DNA of 58,217 bases from Octopus sinensis (lineage: Eukaryota), in assembly GCF_006345805.1 (NCBI RefSeq), contig NW_021833111.1, positions 1 to 58,217 of the forward strand, written 5' to 3'. Positions 25,481-38,760 of the stretch are shown piece by piece. The notes beneath the pieces are model-generated. The model was not told the origin of the DNA, did no database searches, and saw only the letters and a list, made by a program, of their open reading frames with translations. The position numbers and the translations under genes were made by a program. How positions within the stretch are numbered: the stretch's first letter is position 1; each line of letters opens with the position of its first letter.

Positions 25481-25911
25481 TGTCATTACCAGTATAACAT
25501 TTTCTCCATTCATCTCCTCCACCACCACCTCCTCCTCCTTTCACCTCCTCCCCTTCATACTCCTCCTCCTCCTCTTTTGCTTCCTCACCCTGTACATCTT
25601 CACCATAACCAACGTGACAACGACGAGAATTATGATGATGATGATGATGATGATAATGATCGTCATTGCCATTATCAGTTTCCCCCTCGTCATCATTCTA
25701 GCCATCGTTGTCGTTATCTTCCTTATCACGATATACCTGCGATGTATAAATGATATCACACACTTGTCAGATGTAGTCTGCTCCTCCCTCAAGGGTTTAC
25801 CATTTCTGGATTCCAAATTCCATCATCAGATGTAATAATACTGGAAATATTTCTGATATCAAGATGAAGTCTGATGAGCGAAAGAATTCAAAATATGCTC
25901 AAAATAGGCGC

Positions 25912-26077
25912 AGGAGTGGCTGTGTGGTAAGTAGCTTGCTTACCAACCACATGATTCCAGGTTCAGTCCCACTGCATGGCATCTTGGGCAAGTGTCTTCT
26001 ACCATAGCCCCGGGCCGACCAATGCCTTGTGAGTGGATTTGGTAGACGGAAACTGAAAGAAGCCTGTCGTATATATG

Positions 26078-26108
<31 letters not shown>

Positions 26109-26335
26109 GTGTGTATATGTTTGTGTGTCTGTGTTTGTTCCCCTAGCATTGCTTGACAACCGATGCTGGTGTGTTTACGTCCCCGTCACTTAGCGGTTCG
26201 GCAAAGAGACCGATAGATTAAGTACTGGGCTTACTAAAAGAATAAGTCCCGGGGTCGAGTTGCTCAACTGAAGGTGGTGCTCCAGCATGGCCGCAGTCAA
26301 AATGACTGAAATAAGTAAAAGAGTAAAAGAGAGTA
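25912..26335 (+). mobile_element. SINE family A
   Basis: Full-length match. Confidence 0.9.
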
Positions 26336-26599
26336 GATGAACCCTTTGCCACAGAGAATGGTCAAGGGTTCCATGAACTTGTCCGGACAGAATTAATCAA
26401 GAATACAACAAAACAATCATCGTCATTTAGTGACCACTTGTCCATGCTAGCCTGGGTCAGGCACAGTTTGCTGGGACAGATAGAAAACTGGAAGGTCACC
26501 AAAGCTGACTCTCCAGCTTGGATTGGCACTGCTTTGCAACTTGCTGGATCCAGTCAAGCTAGCCAACCCATGCCAGTATGGAAAACAGATGTTAAAATA

Positions 26600-26925
26600 T
26601 GATGATTGATGGTAATGATTGATGGTGATGATTAATGGCTATGATTAATGGTGATGATTGATGGTGGTGATTGATGGAGATGATTGATGGTGGTGATTGA
26701 TGGCGATGAATGATGGTGGTGAATTTGATGATGATAATCGATGGTGGTGATTAATGGTGATGATTGATGGTGATGATTATTGGTTATGATTGGTGGCGAT
26801 AATTGATGGTGATGATTAATGGTGGTGATTGATGGTGATGATTGATGGTGGTGATTGATGGCGGTGATTTTGATGATGATGATTGATGGTGGTGATTGAT
26901 GGTGGTGATTGATGATGATGGTGAT
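26600..26925. repeat. 13-bp minisatellite tgattgatgg(t/c)g(g/a) derived from (GAT)n
   Basis: Direct reading. Confidence 0.85.
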
Positions 26926-27429
26926 AAACAAACAAACACACATCTAAATAATCATTGCACAGACACGCAAACATGCACACAAACTCTCTCACACACACAC
27001 ACACACACACACAATGGTGTACGTCTCTCGACGCACCCCCTCCGCATCCAACCTGTCTCTCCACTCCTACTCCCAACCGTAATTGACCATTAAGTTTCAC
27101 CTTCAATGACCTTTAAAAGCTCTCAAAAATCAATATGACTCCCCACCCACTCCCCTGCACAAACCTTTTATTCTTTTCATTCTTTTGCTTGTTTCAGTCA
27201 TTAGACTGTGGCCATGCTGGAGCACCACCCTCAAGAATTCTTTTTAGTTGAATGAATTGACAACAGTCCTTTTTTTTTCAAAACCTTGATACTTATTCTA
27301 TCAGTCACTTCTGCCAAACTAGTAAGTTACAAGAATGTAAACAAACCAACATCAGTTGTCAAGCAGAGGTGGTGGACAAACACAGCCATAAAGACACACA
27401 CACACATGTATATATAATATACATACATA

Positions 27430-27705
27430 TATTCCTATCATAGTAGGTGCATTACGTATGATAAAAATTAAAACATTCAGACAAATACATAACAAAAACA
27501 CCAGGACTTACAAGTATATATAACACACAGAAAATAGCACCACTAGGCACTACACACATCCTGCATAAAATACTTTCAATACAGTAAAAGTAAGAGCACC
27601 ACAACAAACCACAGCACATACCCAAGGCACACAGAGCTGTGCTCGGTAGTGCAGTGAAAGCAAGTGGTGAAAATATGACTACTGAATAATAATAATAATA
27701 ATAAT
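27430..27705 (+). mobile_element. 3' end of an RLE-class (R4/Dong-like) non-LTR retrotransposon ending in (TAA)n
   Basis: IPIIVGALRMIK / KHSDKYITKTPGLTSIYNTQKIAPLGTTHILHKILSIQ* matches the xQKxxLLGTxxILRKxL C-terminus of restriction-like-endonuclease LINEs. Confidence 0.75.
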
Positions 27706-27898
27706 TCTGTTGTGTCTGGAGAGAGTCATTTCCTTTTTGTGCCTTATAATATAACACACGGACCGTTAAAATTTCCACTTTTTTTCTTATTTTTATTGTC
27801 CTAAAGTTTTCGTTGCACCTGGCAACCTTTTCAATAGTTTTGACTCTGTCCATTTTTTGCACTGAGTTCAAAAACGAAAAATAATAATAATAATAATG

Positions 27899-27946
<48 letters not shown>

Positions 27947-28000
27947 GTAATTTGAAAAATAGTTTTATCGTTGTTACTGCTGTTGTAATCAATTTTATTA

Positions 28001-28046
<46 letters not shown>

Positions 28047-28869
28047 CTTCTGGATTCTGTTGCTGTCATAGCCAATTCTGTCTTTCATTCTTCTGTGATT
28101 GACAAGAATGAACCCTCAATCGAATGCTAAGATTGGTTGACGTGATTACACTCACTCTTCAGAAACATGTGACGTTAGCACCACACAAGAAACCACTATA
28201 GAACGGTCTTTGAGAATGTTGCCAGGTGTTCGCAACTGTTAACCAGCTCTGGCAACGAGGTCAACAGAACAGTGGAACTACTCATTCAAAGACACACTCT
28301 GTAATTATGTTGCGGCCATCTCTTCCAATTTATCCGTAAAGCACTGTCGTTAAGTATCTATGGATTAACGATTTGTAGAACTGTGTCAAACAGCTGTCGT
28401 CAAGTGTAGGATCTGTTTGACTGTCGGTTGAGTCCGTTTATAAACGTCATCATTGTCTTAATGTCTGTTTTTCTAAGCTTTCATGGCTCGGATGAATTTT
28501 TTTGCAAACAACTTACAAGCGGTACCAGCTGAAAGCTCCACATACCAGATGTTAGCAAGCTTATGGGTCATCAGGAGAGAACACACGCTAATTCAGGGGC
28601 CTTCCTTTTGACAGCATCATTGCACACAAGCCCTGCCCCTCACTGAAAGGCGGTTCTGCTTGCTACATCAACTGGTTATTATGTTTTGCTCAATATTCTC
28701 CAAGCTATAGCTCATCGTCTCTTTTTAACCTTTGGAAAATGTCTTCTACTACAACCTTGGGCTGATCAAAGCCTTGTGAGTTGATTTGGTAGATGGAAAC
28801 TAAAAGAAGCCTTGTTCTATGTCCTCGCGTTGTTGTGTTCTCTCTTTGTACATGTTTGGATTAACTATA

Positions 28870-28913
28870 CTACATCATCATCATCATCATCATCATCCTC
28901 ATCATCCTCATCC

Positions 28914-28959
<46 letters not shown>

Positions 28960-29190
28960 TTAGCGTCCGCTAGCATGGGTTGGACGGTTCAACTGGGGTC
29001 TGGGAAGCCAGAAGGCTGCACCAGGCCCAGTCTGATCTGGCAGTGTTTCTACGGCTGGATGCCCTTCCTAACGCCAACCACTCCGTGAGTGTAGTGGGTG
29101 CTTTTTACATGCCAGACGGGGCTGGCAAACGGCCACGGTTGGATGGTGCTTTTTACGTGCCACCGTCACGGGGGCCAGGCGAGGCTGGCA
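28870..29190 (-). mobile_element. RTE 3' UTR with long (GAT)n tail
   Basis: Family match. Confidence 0.78.
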
Positions 29191-29361
29191 TATATATGTC
29201 TGTGTGTGTGTATGTCCGTGTGTCAGTGTGTGTATGTGGTTGTCTCGTTGTCTTGTCATCACCTGAAAGCTGTAAACAAGTGCCACGGTCATATATTATG
29301 TGTTTGTTTTAAAATTGGAGATTACATAGAAAGTTTATTATTATTATTATTATTATTAGAC

Positions 29362-29772
29362 AGGCACAGGAAGGGCTGTGTGGTAAGTAGCTTGTTTACC
29401 AACCACATGATTCCGGGTTCAGTCCCACTGCATGGCACCTTGGGCAAGTGTCTTCTACTACAGCCTCGGGCCGACCAAAGCCTTGTGAGTGGATTTGGTA
29501 GACGGAAACTGAAAGAAGCCCAACGTATATATGTATATATATATATGTATGTGTGTGTGTGTGTGTTTGTGTGTCTGTGTTTGTCCCCCTAGCATTGATT
29601 GACAACCGATGCTGGAGTGTTTATGTCCTCGTTACTTAGCGGTTCGGCAAAAAGAGACTGATAGAATAAGTTTTGAGCTTACAAAAGAATAAGTCCCGGG
29701 GTCGAGTTGTTCGATTAAAGGGCGGTGCTCCAGCATGGCCGCAGTCAAATGACTGAAACAAGTAAAAGAGTA
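29362..29772 (+). mobile_element. SINE family A
   Basis: Full-length match. Confidence 0.9.
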
Positions 29773-29774
29773 GA

Positions 29775-30150
29775 CTACCAGTTGACTTTCAGAAGCAAAA
29801 GCTCAACAGAAGCTGACTTGATTATTTCTACAAAACAGTAAAAGAACAAACGTTAATTCAGAAGAATTATCTAGGTTAATCTTCAAAAAGATTCTGGCAC
29901 CACTGGACTCCAAATTCAAATAAAAATGCTAATCCAAATACCAACAGAAACAGAATGGTGGATATCATCAGAGAACAACTATCAGAATCAACAACAGAAT
30001 ATCGGATAAAATGGAAATAGAAAAGCGCTGCCCTTCCTCAAAGAAGCGTTTGCAGACCACTATTATTTATTATTTATGTCAACGATATATGGCCACTGAT
30101 GTTATTGGATGCTAGATAATTCTTTAATGCAGGTGATACCATTTTACGGT
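29775..30150 (+). pseudogene. Highly decayed LINE reverse transcriptase fragment (CR1/L2/Jockey group)
   Basis: LPQRSVCRPLLFIIYVNDI...FNAGDTIL resembles PQGSVLGPLLFxIYxND...FADD. Confidence 0.62.
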
Positions 30151-30459
30151 ATTTCTACAAAGAAGCAGGAATTATAATGGAAACAAAAGAAAACGGTAAA
30201 AAAAAAAAATGTTAAATACTCCACTGTGTGGTTTGTCATCTTTGTTTGAGGAATTCCGAGAGATATTGAGTATGTTCTCTTCGGGAATCAAAGTGACTGT
30301 TAACCAAACAATAAAAATTCTATATTGAAATTAATGGGGATGGATAGAAATGGATAAAAAGGATATATGCTGGGAATCCTCTGTGGAATATCTCCTTGGC
30401 ACCGCTTTTAGATAAATCACACGGCTTTAAAAGAAAGTGTCAATAGATTAATGGTAGCA

Positions 30460-30480
30460 ATGATAATAATAATAATAATA

Positions 30481-30515
<35 letters not shown>

Positions 30516-30701
30516 GTAGTTGTAATAATAATAATAATAATAATATAATAATAATAATTTCATTTATTTGCCATAAGGGTGAAGGATGAGAGGGAGACAA
30601 TACAAATAATAATAATAATAATAATAATAATGATAACAAGAATAAGAATAACAACAATAATAATGATAATAAACCTATTTGTAACAATAATAGTAATAAT
30701 A

Positions 30702-30740
<39 letters not shown>

Positions 30741-30901
30741 GTAATAATAATAATAATAGTAATAATAATAATAATTTCTTTATTGACCACAATGACTCCA
30801 CGTAAAGATAAACATTAAGGATGGCACAGGACAAAACAGTGTGTGTAACAATGCTATTAATAAAAATAATAATAATGATATTAATAATAATAATAATAAT
30901 G

Positions 30902-30932
<31 letters not shown>

Positions 30933-31143
30933 TAATAATAGCAATAATAATAATAATAATAATAGTAATAGTAATAATAATAATGATATTAATAATAATA
31001 ATAATAATGATAATAATAGCAATAATAATAATAATAATAATAGTAATAATAATAATAATAATAATGATATTAATAATAATAATAATAATGATAATAATAG
31101 CAATAATAATAATAAAATAATAATAATAATAATAGTAATAGTA

Positions 31144-31176
<33 letters not shown>

Positions 31177-31260
31177 ATAATAATAATAATAATTTTTATT
31201 TTCCACAAGGGTGAAGGATGAGGGGGACAATACAAAGAATAATAATAATGATAATAATAC
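30460..31260. repeat. (AAT)n tract with embedded short retroposon stubs
   Basis: Direct reading; stubs at ~30555, 30775 and 31190. Confidence 0.9.
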
Positions 31261-31519
31261 ATATATATACATACGTACGTACGTACGTATATAAGACAGA
31301 TGTGAAATGGAATTATTGGACGGATATGGAAACCAAAAAAGAAAAAGACCACGTGTGAAAAAGAAAACCAAATATGGCATTTATCATTTGATATAATGTT
31401 GTGTTGAGTGCTGTCACAGAGAAAGGAATGGTTTCATGGAATCGGTTTAAATGGTGAAAACAGAAATCCTCTTTTGGAAGCAAAATCTTTGGGTTTTTTT
31501 TCTTCTTTTTACCTGTTTC

Positions 31520-32270
31520 AGTAAATAATACACACACACACATACCGACATGCATACATACACACACACACACACATACTCACACATATACACACACACA
31601 CACATATATATATATTTATACACGTATATATACATACACATATGCACACACACACATAAATATATATATCTACATGCATATATACACATATACCTACACA
31701 TACATATACACACACACACATATATATACACACATACATATATATACACACATATGCCAACACATATACATATATCTACATTCATACATACACACATACA
31801 TGCACACATATGCATACACATGTACACATACACATACATATATGTCTACATGCATACATACACACACACATATACACACATACATGCACACACACATATA
31901 CACACTCACATACACACACATATACACACATACATGCACACACACATATACACACATACATGCACACACACATATACACACATACATGCACACACACATA
32001 TACACACATACATGCACACACACATATACACACTCACATACACACACACATATACACACATACATGCACACACACATATACACACATACATACACACACA
32101 CATATACACACTCACATACACACACACACACACATATACACACATACATGCACACACACATATACACACATACATGCACACACACATATACACACTCACA
32201 TATACACACACATATGCATAAACATATGCACACATATATACATACACATACGCACACACACACACACATT
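31520..32270. repeat. CA/TA compound micro-/minisatellite
   Basis: Recurring catacatgcacacacacatatacac unit. Confidence 0.92.
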
Positions 32271-32481
32271 ATTTACAAACAGCTTGCACATACAAGTGTC
32301 ATCATTTGAAAGCTCTGCTTATCGGACATTAGCAAGCTTAAGGCCCCATCAGGAGAGAACGTACCCAGCTTCAGAGCCTTCCTCTCATTGGTTTATTGCA
32401 CACCAGCACCCTCCTCAGTGAGAAGAGGGTCCCACTTGCTTGAATCACTGGTGACTAGGCTTCACTCAATATTCTTCTAGC

Positions 32482-32698
32482 CAAAGGTGGCGAGCTGGCA
32501 GAAACGTTAGCACACTGGCCGAAATGCTGAGCGGTATTTCATCTGTCTTTACGTTCTGAGTTCAAATTCTGCCAAGGTCGACTTTGCCTTTCATCCTTTC
32601 GGGGGTCGATAAATTAAGTACTAGTTTTGCACTGAGGTTGATCTAATCAACTGGCACCCTCCTCCAAAATTTCAGGCCTTGTGCCCAGAGTGGAAAAG
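32482..32698 (+). mobile_element. SINE B head/core with alternative tail, 14-bp TSD
   Basis: TSD aatattcttctagc at 32468-32481 and 32699-32712; same tail at 42740-42940 and 57360-57470. Confidence 0.83.
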
Positions 32699-32806
32699 AA
32701 TATTCTTCTAGCGATTGTTTATTGTCCCTTTTCATTCTAATCCAGTGGTTTGCCCTCAACATTGTCATCTGCACATATATATACATATGTATATATATAT
32801 GTATAT

Positions 32807-32894
<88 letters not shown>

Positions 32895-33290
32895 CTTTTA
32901 CTCTTTTACTTGTTTCAGTCATTTGACTGCGGCCATGCTGGAGCACCGCCTTTAATCGAGCAAATCGACCCCGGGACTTTTTCTTTGTGAGCCCAGTACT
33001 TATTCTATCGGTCTCTTTTGCCAAACCGCTAAGTGACGGGGACGTAAACACACCAGCATTGGTTGTCAAGCAATGCTAGGGGGACAAACACACACACGCA
33101 TATATATATATATATATACATATATACGACGGGCTTCTTTCAGTTTCCGTCTACCAAATCCACTCACAAGGCATTGGTCGGCCCGGGGCTATAGCAGAAG
33201 ACACTTGCCCAAGATGCCACGCAGTGGGACTGAACCCTGGACCATGTGGTTGGTAAACAAGCTACTTACCACACAGCCACTCCTGCCCCA
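32895..33290 (-). mobile_element. SINE family A
   Basis: Full length, (TA)n on both sides. Confidence 0.9.
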
Positions 33291-34319
33291 ATATTATATA
33301 TATATATTTTACTTGTTTCAGTCATTTTGACTGTGGCCATGCTGGAGCACAGCATGGCTGCATTCAAAATGACTGAAACAAATAGAAAAATAAAATGTAT
33401 ACACAATGAGTTTCCACGGTTTCCCTTCACAATGTAGAACAGTGGAGTGGGGTGGCTTGAAGCTCTGGTAAATGATATTTGCCCAATGGAGATCCTGGGA
33501 AGGAGGGAGAGCCATTCGTTATATGGAAACCCATAAACACACCTGTCCATCGCTACCTGCATTGTTCCTTCCAATCTAAACAAGGTGAGTGGAGAGAGAG
33601 AGAGGGAGGGAGAGAGAGAGGGTGGGAGGGAGAGAGAGAGGGTGGGAGGGAGAGAGAGAGGGTGGGAGGGAGGGAGAGAGAGGGAGAGCAAGGGGGGATG
33701 ATAAGGTGGTTTGTGTGTGGGAGGATCCAGGGCAATGCTGATGGCAACGATGATGATGATGATGATAATGATGATGATGATGATGATAATAATGATGATG
33801 ATGATGATGACAATCAAATTTGATAATGAGGATGGGGTTGATGGTGATGGTGGTGATGATGATGATGATAATGATGATGATGATGATAATGATAACGATC
33901 TATGTCGATAATGGTGGTGTTGAATATGATGGTGATGATGATGACAATGACGACGACGACAATGATGATGATGATGATGATGATGATGACAGCTATGTTA
34001 ATAAAGATGGTGTTGTTGATGATGACGATGATGATGATTTATGCTTTTTCCTTTTTTTCTTTTTTTTTTTCAAACATCCCCCCTCCCCTCCAACTAAACA
34101 AATATATTTCCTTTGTAGAAGCTAAAAATTTTAAACTAACATCCACGGCTGAATTGTTCTGTCAGTTTTATTCCCTGCTTTTGTACTCAGGAAACTTTGA
34201 ATATATTTCAATAAACCATTTGGCTGTGAAAACAGCGAATTGATTCTAATGACAAGTCTTTCACGTCAGAATTGCAATCGATTTTGGTTGGCACACGTCA
34301 ATTTTTCATGCTACATACA

Positions 34320-35420
34320 TCGGAACAGACCCACACACACACACACACACAGATGTATATACAGACGTATATACAGACACACAGACAGTCACACACAGGT
34401 AAGTGTACATATAAAAGTACACATACACACAGACATGTGTACATATATATAAACACACACACACACACACACAGATGTATATACAGACGTATATAGACAC
34501 ACAGACAGTCACACACAGGTAGGTGTACATATAAAAGTACACATACACACAGACATGTGTACATATATATAAACACACACACACACACACACAGATGTAT
34601 ATACAGACACACACGTACACATGTGAGTGTAAAGTGAAACACACACACAGTCACACACATGTAGGTGTACATATAAATGCACACACACACGCACACACAC
34701 ACACACACACAGATGTATATACAGACACACACGTACACACATGGGTGTAAAGTGAAGCACTCAGAGAACCACATATAGACATGTGTACATATAAACACAC
34801 ACACACACACGCACACACATACAGACATGTGTACATATATATCAACACACACACACGCAGATGTATATACAAACCTACACGTACCCACGTGGTTATAAAG
34901 TGAAACACAGACACTCATACACAGGCAGGTGTACAGATAAACTCATACACACACGTATACACAAACATACACACACATACATACACACACACACATACCT
35001 TCTCTGTATGTCTCTCTCCCTTTATCACACCCACACATATTCTCTTTCTAGCTCTCCTTCTCAATCTCTCTTTCACACACACACACACACATACACAAAT
35101 CCATATTCATTCTGTCCACCACACACACACACACAAACACACACACTCACACATACACTCACATACACACACACTCACTCACATACACACACACACTCAC
35201 ACACGCAACACAAATCCATATTCATTCTGTCCATCACACACACACACAAACACACACACACACACACTCACACACACACTCACATACACACACTCACTCA
35301 CACATACACACACACTCACACACACACACTCACACACACAACACAAATCCATATTCATTCTGTCCATCACACACACACACACTCACACATAGACACACAC
35401 ACACTCACACACACACACAC
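34320..35420. repeat. CA-rich compound minisatellites (~115-bp and shorter units)
   Basis: Repeated cacagatgtatatacagac / cacagacatgtgtacatat and aaatccatattcattctgtcc blocks. Confidence 0.88.
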
Positions 35421-35802
35421 TGACATGGTCGCAAGAAATCCTTCCCATGCCACAAGTACGTCGGTATGAACAAGAGAGAGACCAAACATCTCTCTTTATA
35501 GATCTTTCTTTAATTGTTGGGTGTGTGTGGGAAAAGCACTTTCTTACAGAATCAATAACTGCACTCTGTGTGTGTGTGTGTGCGAGAGAGAAAGAGTCTG
35601 TGTGTGTCTGTGTGTACTTATGTGTGTGTGTGTGGTAAGGCAGAAAAGAAAAATGTTTATGATTAAATTGACATATTGATTAAAACAGAAATATTTCAAT
35701 TCGGAGACATATTTAAAAAATAGACATGTTCAGTGGGTCTGGATGTATATATCATCATCATCATCATCACCATCAACATTATTGCTCAACGTCTGCCTTC
35801 CA

Positions 35803-35995
35803 AGTTCGATTCCAGGCAGTGACCTGAATAACAATAATAATAGTAGAAGAAGAAGAACAACAATAACAACATCGAAAAATACCTTAGGAATGAGAACCCA
35901 GGTTCGAAATTTCCCCGAGACACCTGATGAAGGCTGGAGGGTATATCAGCTGAAATGTGTGTTAACAACAAACAAGATGAGGACAAATATCACAT
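35803..35995 (+). mobile_element. PLE terminal-repeat fragment (5'-truncated within the tRNA-like head)
   Basis: Homologous to the reverse complement of 36740-36945, which is attached to a GIY-YIG ORF. Confidence 0.8.
35919..35963 (+). ncRNA. Minimal type I hammerhead ribozyme motif (partly decayed)
   Basis: GACAC-CUGAUGA-A-GGCUG/CAGCU-GAAAU-GU-GUGUU; stem I GACAC/GUGUU. Confidence 0.68.
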
Positions 35996-35999
35996 ATGT

Positions 36000-36385
36000 A
36001 TTCAAGTCATTTGAATGTATCCATGCTGGAGCACCGCCTTTAGTGGAGCGAATCAACCCCAGGATATATTCTTTGTAAATTCTAGTAATTATTCTATTGG
36101 TCTCTTTTTGCCAAACTGCTAAGTTACAGGGACGTAAACAAACCAGCATTGGTTGTCAAGTGATGTGGGGGGGGGACAACACACATACACAAACATATAC
36201 ACACACATACATATATAAATATATATACGACAGGCTTCTTTCAGTTTCTATCTACCAAATCCTCATTACAAGGCTTTGGTCGCACCGAGGCCATAGTAGA
36301 AGACACCTGCCCTAAATGCCACACAGTGGGACTGAACCCAGAACCATGTGGTTGGGAAGTAAGCTCTTACCACACAGCCACTCTT
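36000..36385 (-). mobile_element. SINE family A, diverged
   Basis: Family match. Confidence 0.8.
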
Positions 36386-36781
36386 GTGTATATATATCAT
36401 TATCATCATCGTTTGACGTCCTCTTTCCATGCTGGCATGGGTCGGACAGTTTGACCAGAGCTGGATAGGCAGGAGCCTGCTCCATGCTTCTCTGTCTGTT
36501 TTGGTAGGGTTTTCATGGCTGGATGCCCTTCCTAACACCAACCACTCTATATATTAATGGCTAACAAGGCCTCAGTATTTCGTTTTGCAACCCTAATACT
36601 AGTTTTTTATTCTTTTATTCTTTTACTTCCTTCAGTCATTTGGCTGCAGCCATGCTGGAGCACCACCTTACATCGAACAATTCAACCCCAGGACTTATTC
36701 TTTGCAAAATTATTTACATACATTTAAGAGATGAGGAATTATGTACATTATTTACATTTGTCCCTCATCTTGTTTGTTGTT

Positions 36782-36827
36782 AACACAACATTTCAGCTGA
36801 GATACCCTCCAGCCTTCATCAGGTGTC
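36782..36827 (-). ncRNA. Minimal type I hammerhead ribozyme motif
   Basis: GACAC-CUGAUGA-A-GGCUG-GAGGGUAUCU-CAGCU-GAAAU-GUU-GUGUU. Confidence 0.72.
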
Positions 36828-36924
36828 TTGGGGAAATTTTGAACCTGGGTTCTCATTCCTAAGGTATTTTTCGATGTTGTTGTTCATCTTCTTCTACTAT
36901 TATTATTGTTATTATTGTTATTCA

Positions 36925-36996
36925 GGTCACTGCCTGGAATTGAACTCGGAATCTTGGGGTTAGTAGCCCACGCTCTTAGCCAGTACGCCATATGCC
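36925..36996 (-). promoter_or_regulatory. tRNA-like segment with Pol III A and B boxes
   Basis: ggcataTGGCGTACTGGctaagagcgtgggctactaaccccaagattccGAGTTCAATTCcaggcagtgacc; A-box, anticodon-loop-like CUACUAA, B-box. Confidence 0.65.
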
Positions 36997-37959
36997 TGTA
37001 GGCAATTATAGAATGGATTTTTAGGGCTTATAAATCTAATATTTTCGTATTCTTCCTTAATACCAGTTCCCATATGCTGCTCATATCTGCATCTCAGTCT
37101 GCTTAGGAGGTTGTTGTGTCCTAGAGTATCCGCTGCTTCTTTTAGTTTTCGTATTTTCCAGTGGTGTTCTCTGTCTATTATTTTAACTTCATCCCACAGG
37201 GGGAGGTGGTCTCCATTTTTCCATACATGATCACCTATATCTGATTTATCAATATCTCCTCATGTCACAGCTTTGCGACATTCGTCTACCCTTATTTTGA
37301 GGGGGCAACATGTTTTGCCTCTGTATAACCTACCACAGCTGCATGGGATGGAGTACACGCAATCTTTGGTCATATTCTCTTCTGTTGCTGGTTTTTCTCG
37401 AAGGAGATATTTGCAAAGTGTCGTATTACTCTTGAATACTGTCCTGATGTCATATGAGCTGCATATCTTTTGTATCTTTTCGGAGAAGCCTTTCATATGG
37501 TGTAGACAGACTGTGGACAGTTTATTGGCCTCATCCTCTCTCTTCTTCATAATTGGAGTGGGTAGTATACTTTTGGGGTGGTTGTTGCTTAACAGATCGT
37601 TACAGGGTTTGATACCCACCACAAAGAAATAAGGACCAGTCAGGCAGTACTGGTATCACCCTCTTGCACGGGAGCCAGTCAGTGGCCCTGGCAATGATAG
37701 TGACTCAGCTTAAGATATACAAATAGATGAGATGGTCATGAATGGAGGGTCTTTGATCATGACTGATAAAGGTAAGTGCAACCAACAAAAACATCATCAG
37801 CAGCCAATCATTGCCTCAGAATCTGACTAATTGCTCTAATTACAGCCCAAGGAGATCTTAATCACATCAAACAGAATTTGATGAACGGATCATTTATTTG
37901 TCATGGTAGACGGGATGGGCATGGCTGGAACGTCTGGAGTTGTGGTTAAACAACTACAA

Positions 37960-38760
37960 TAGGAACAGAAACAACGAAACTACAACAACAACGACGACAG
38001 CAATAAGAACAAGAACAACAGCAACAGCAGCAGCAGCTATGATGACAACCATAATTACAATAAAAACAACATCAACAACAATCACAAGAACAGTGGTATT
38101 AATAACAATGGTTACAATAGCATCAACTACAACAAGATGAAGAACAACAACAAACACGACAACAACAAGAGCAGCAAGAAGAACAACAAAAAGCAACAAC
38201 AACAACGACACGAACGAACACCACCACCACCACCACCACCACAGCAACAACAACAACAACAACAGCAACATCACCAGTGCTGCTACTGCAGTCACTACCA
38301 CCACTGCCACCATCACCACCATCACCACAACAACAACATGAACAACATCACCGCCATTGCTACTGCTGTCACCACCACCACCATCACCACCACCACCACC
38401 ACCACCACCATCATCACCATCACTACAACATCGCCACCACCACCATCCCCTCCACCACCACCACCATCACTACAACATCGCCACCACCACCATCCCCTCC
38501 ACCACCACCACCATCCCCTCCACCACCACCACCATCCCCTCCACCACCACCACCATCCCCTCCACCACCACCACCATCACTACAACATCGCCACCACCAC
38601 CACCACCATCATCCCCTCCACCACCACCACCACCATCACTACAACATCGCCACCACCACCACCATCCCCTCCACCACCACCACCACCATCACTACAACAT
38701 CGCCAGCACCACCGTTGTCGCCGCCAACACCCTCCCCCTCCCCGCCCCCGCCAGCATCCA
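37960..38760. repeat. (CAA)/(CAC)/(CAT) trinucleotide and derived 18-bp repeats
   Basis: Direct reading. Confidence 0.9.

Larger units (their letters stand above)
36720..37625 (-). mobile_element. Penelope-like element 3' part: GIY-YIG endonuclease remnant, tRNA-like segment, hammerhead, terminal stem-loop
   Basis: CVYSIPCSCGRLYRGKTCCPLKIRVDECRKAV and LWDEVKIIDREHHWKIRKLKEAA match the PLE (Penelope/Poseidon-type) GIY-YIG domain. Confidence 0.85.

Noticed and set aside
23918-25835. Poly-I/S/M/H/T/G ORFs (also 30448-31380, 38137-38900, 43725-44386, 52272-53126, 56498-57115)
   Set aside because: Trinucleotide-repeat translations with no non-repetitive coding context.
25790-25905. Hammerhead-like CUGAUGA motifs on both strands
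   Set aside because: Minus-strand motif has a 4-bp stem II and GAAA but no stem I; plus-strand motif lacks GAAA.
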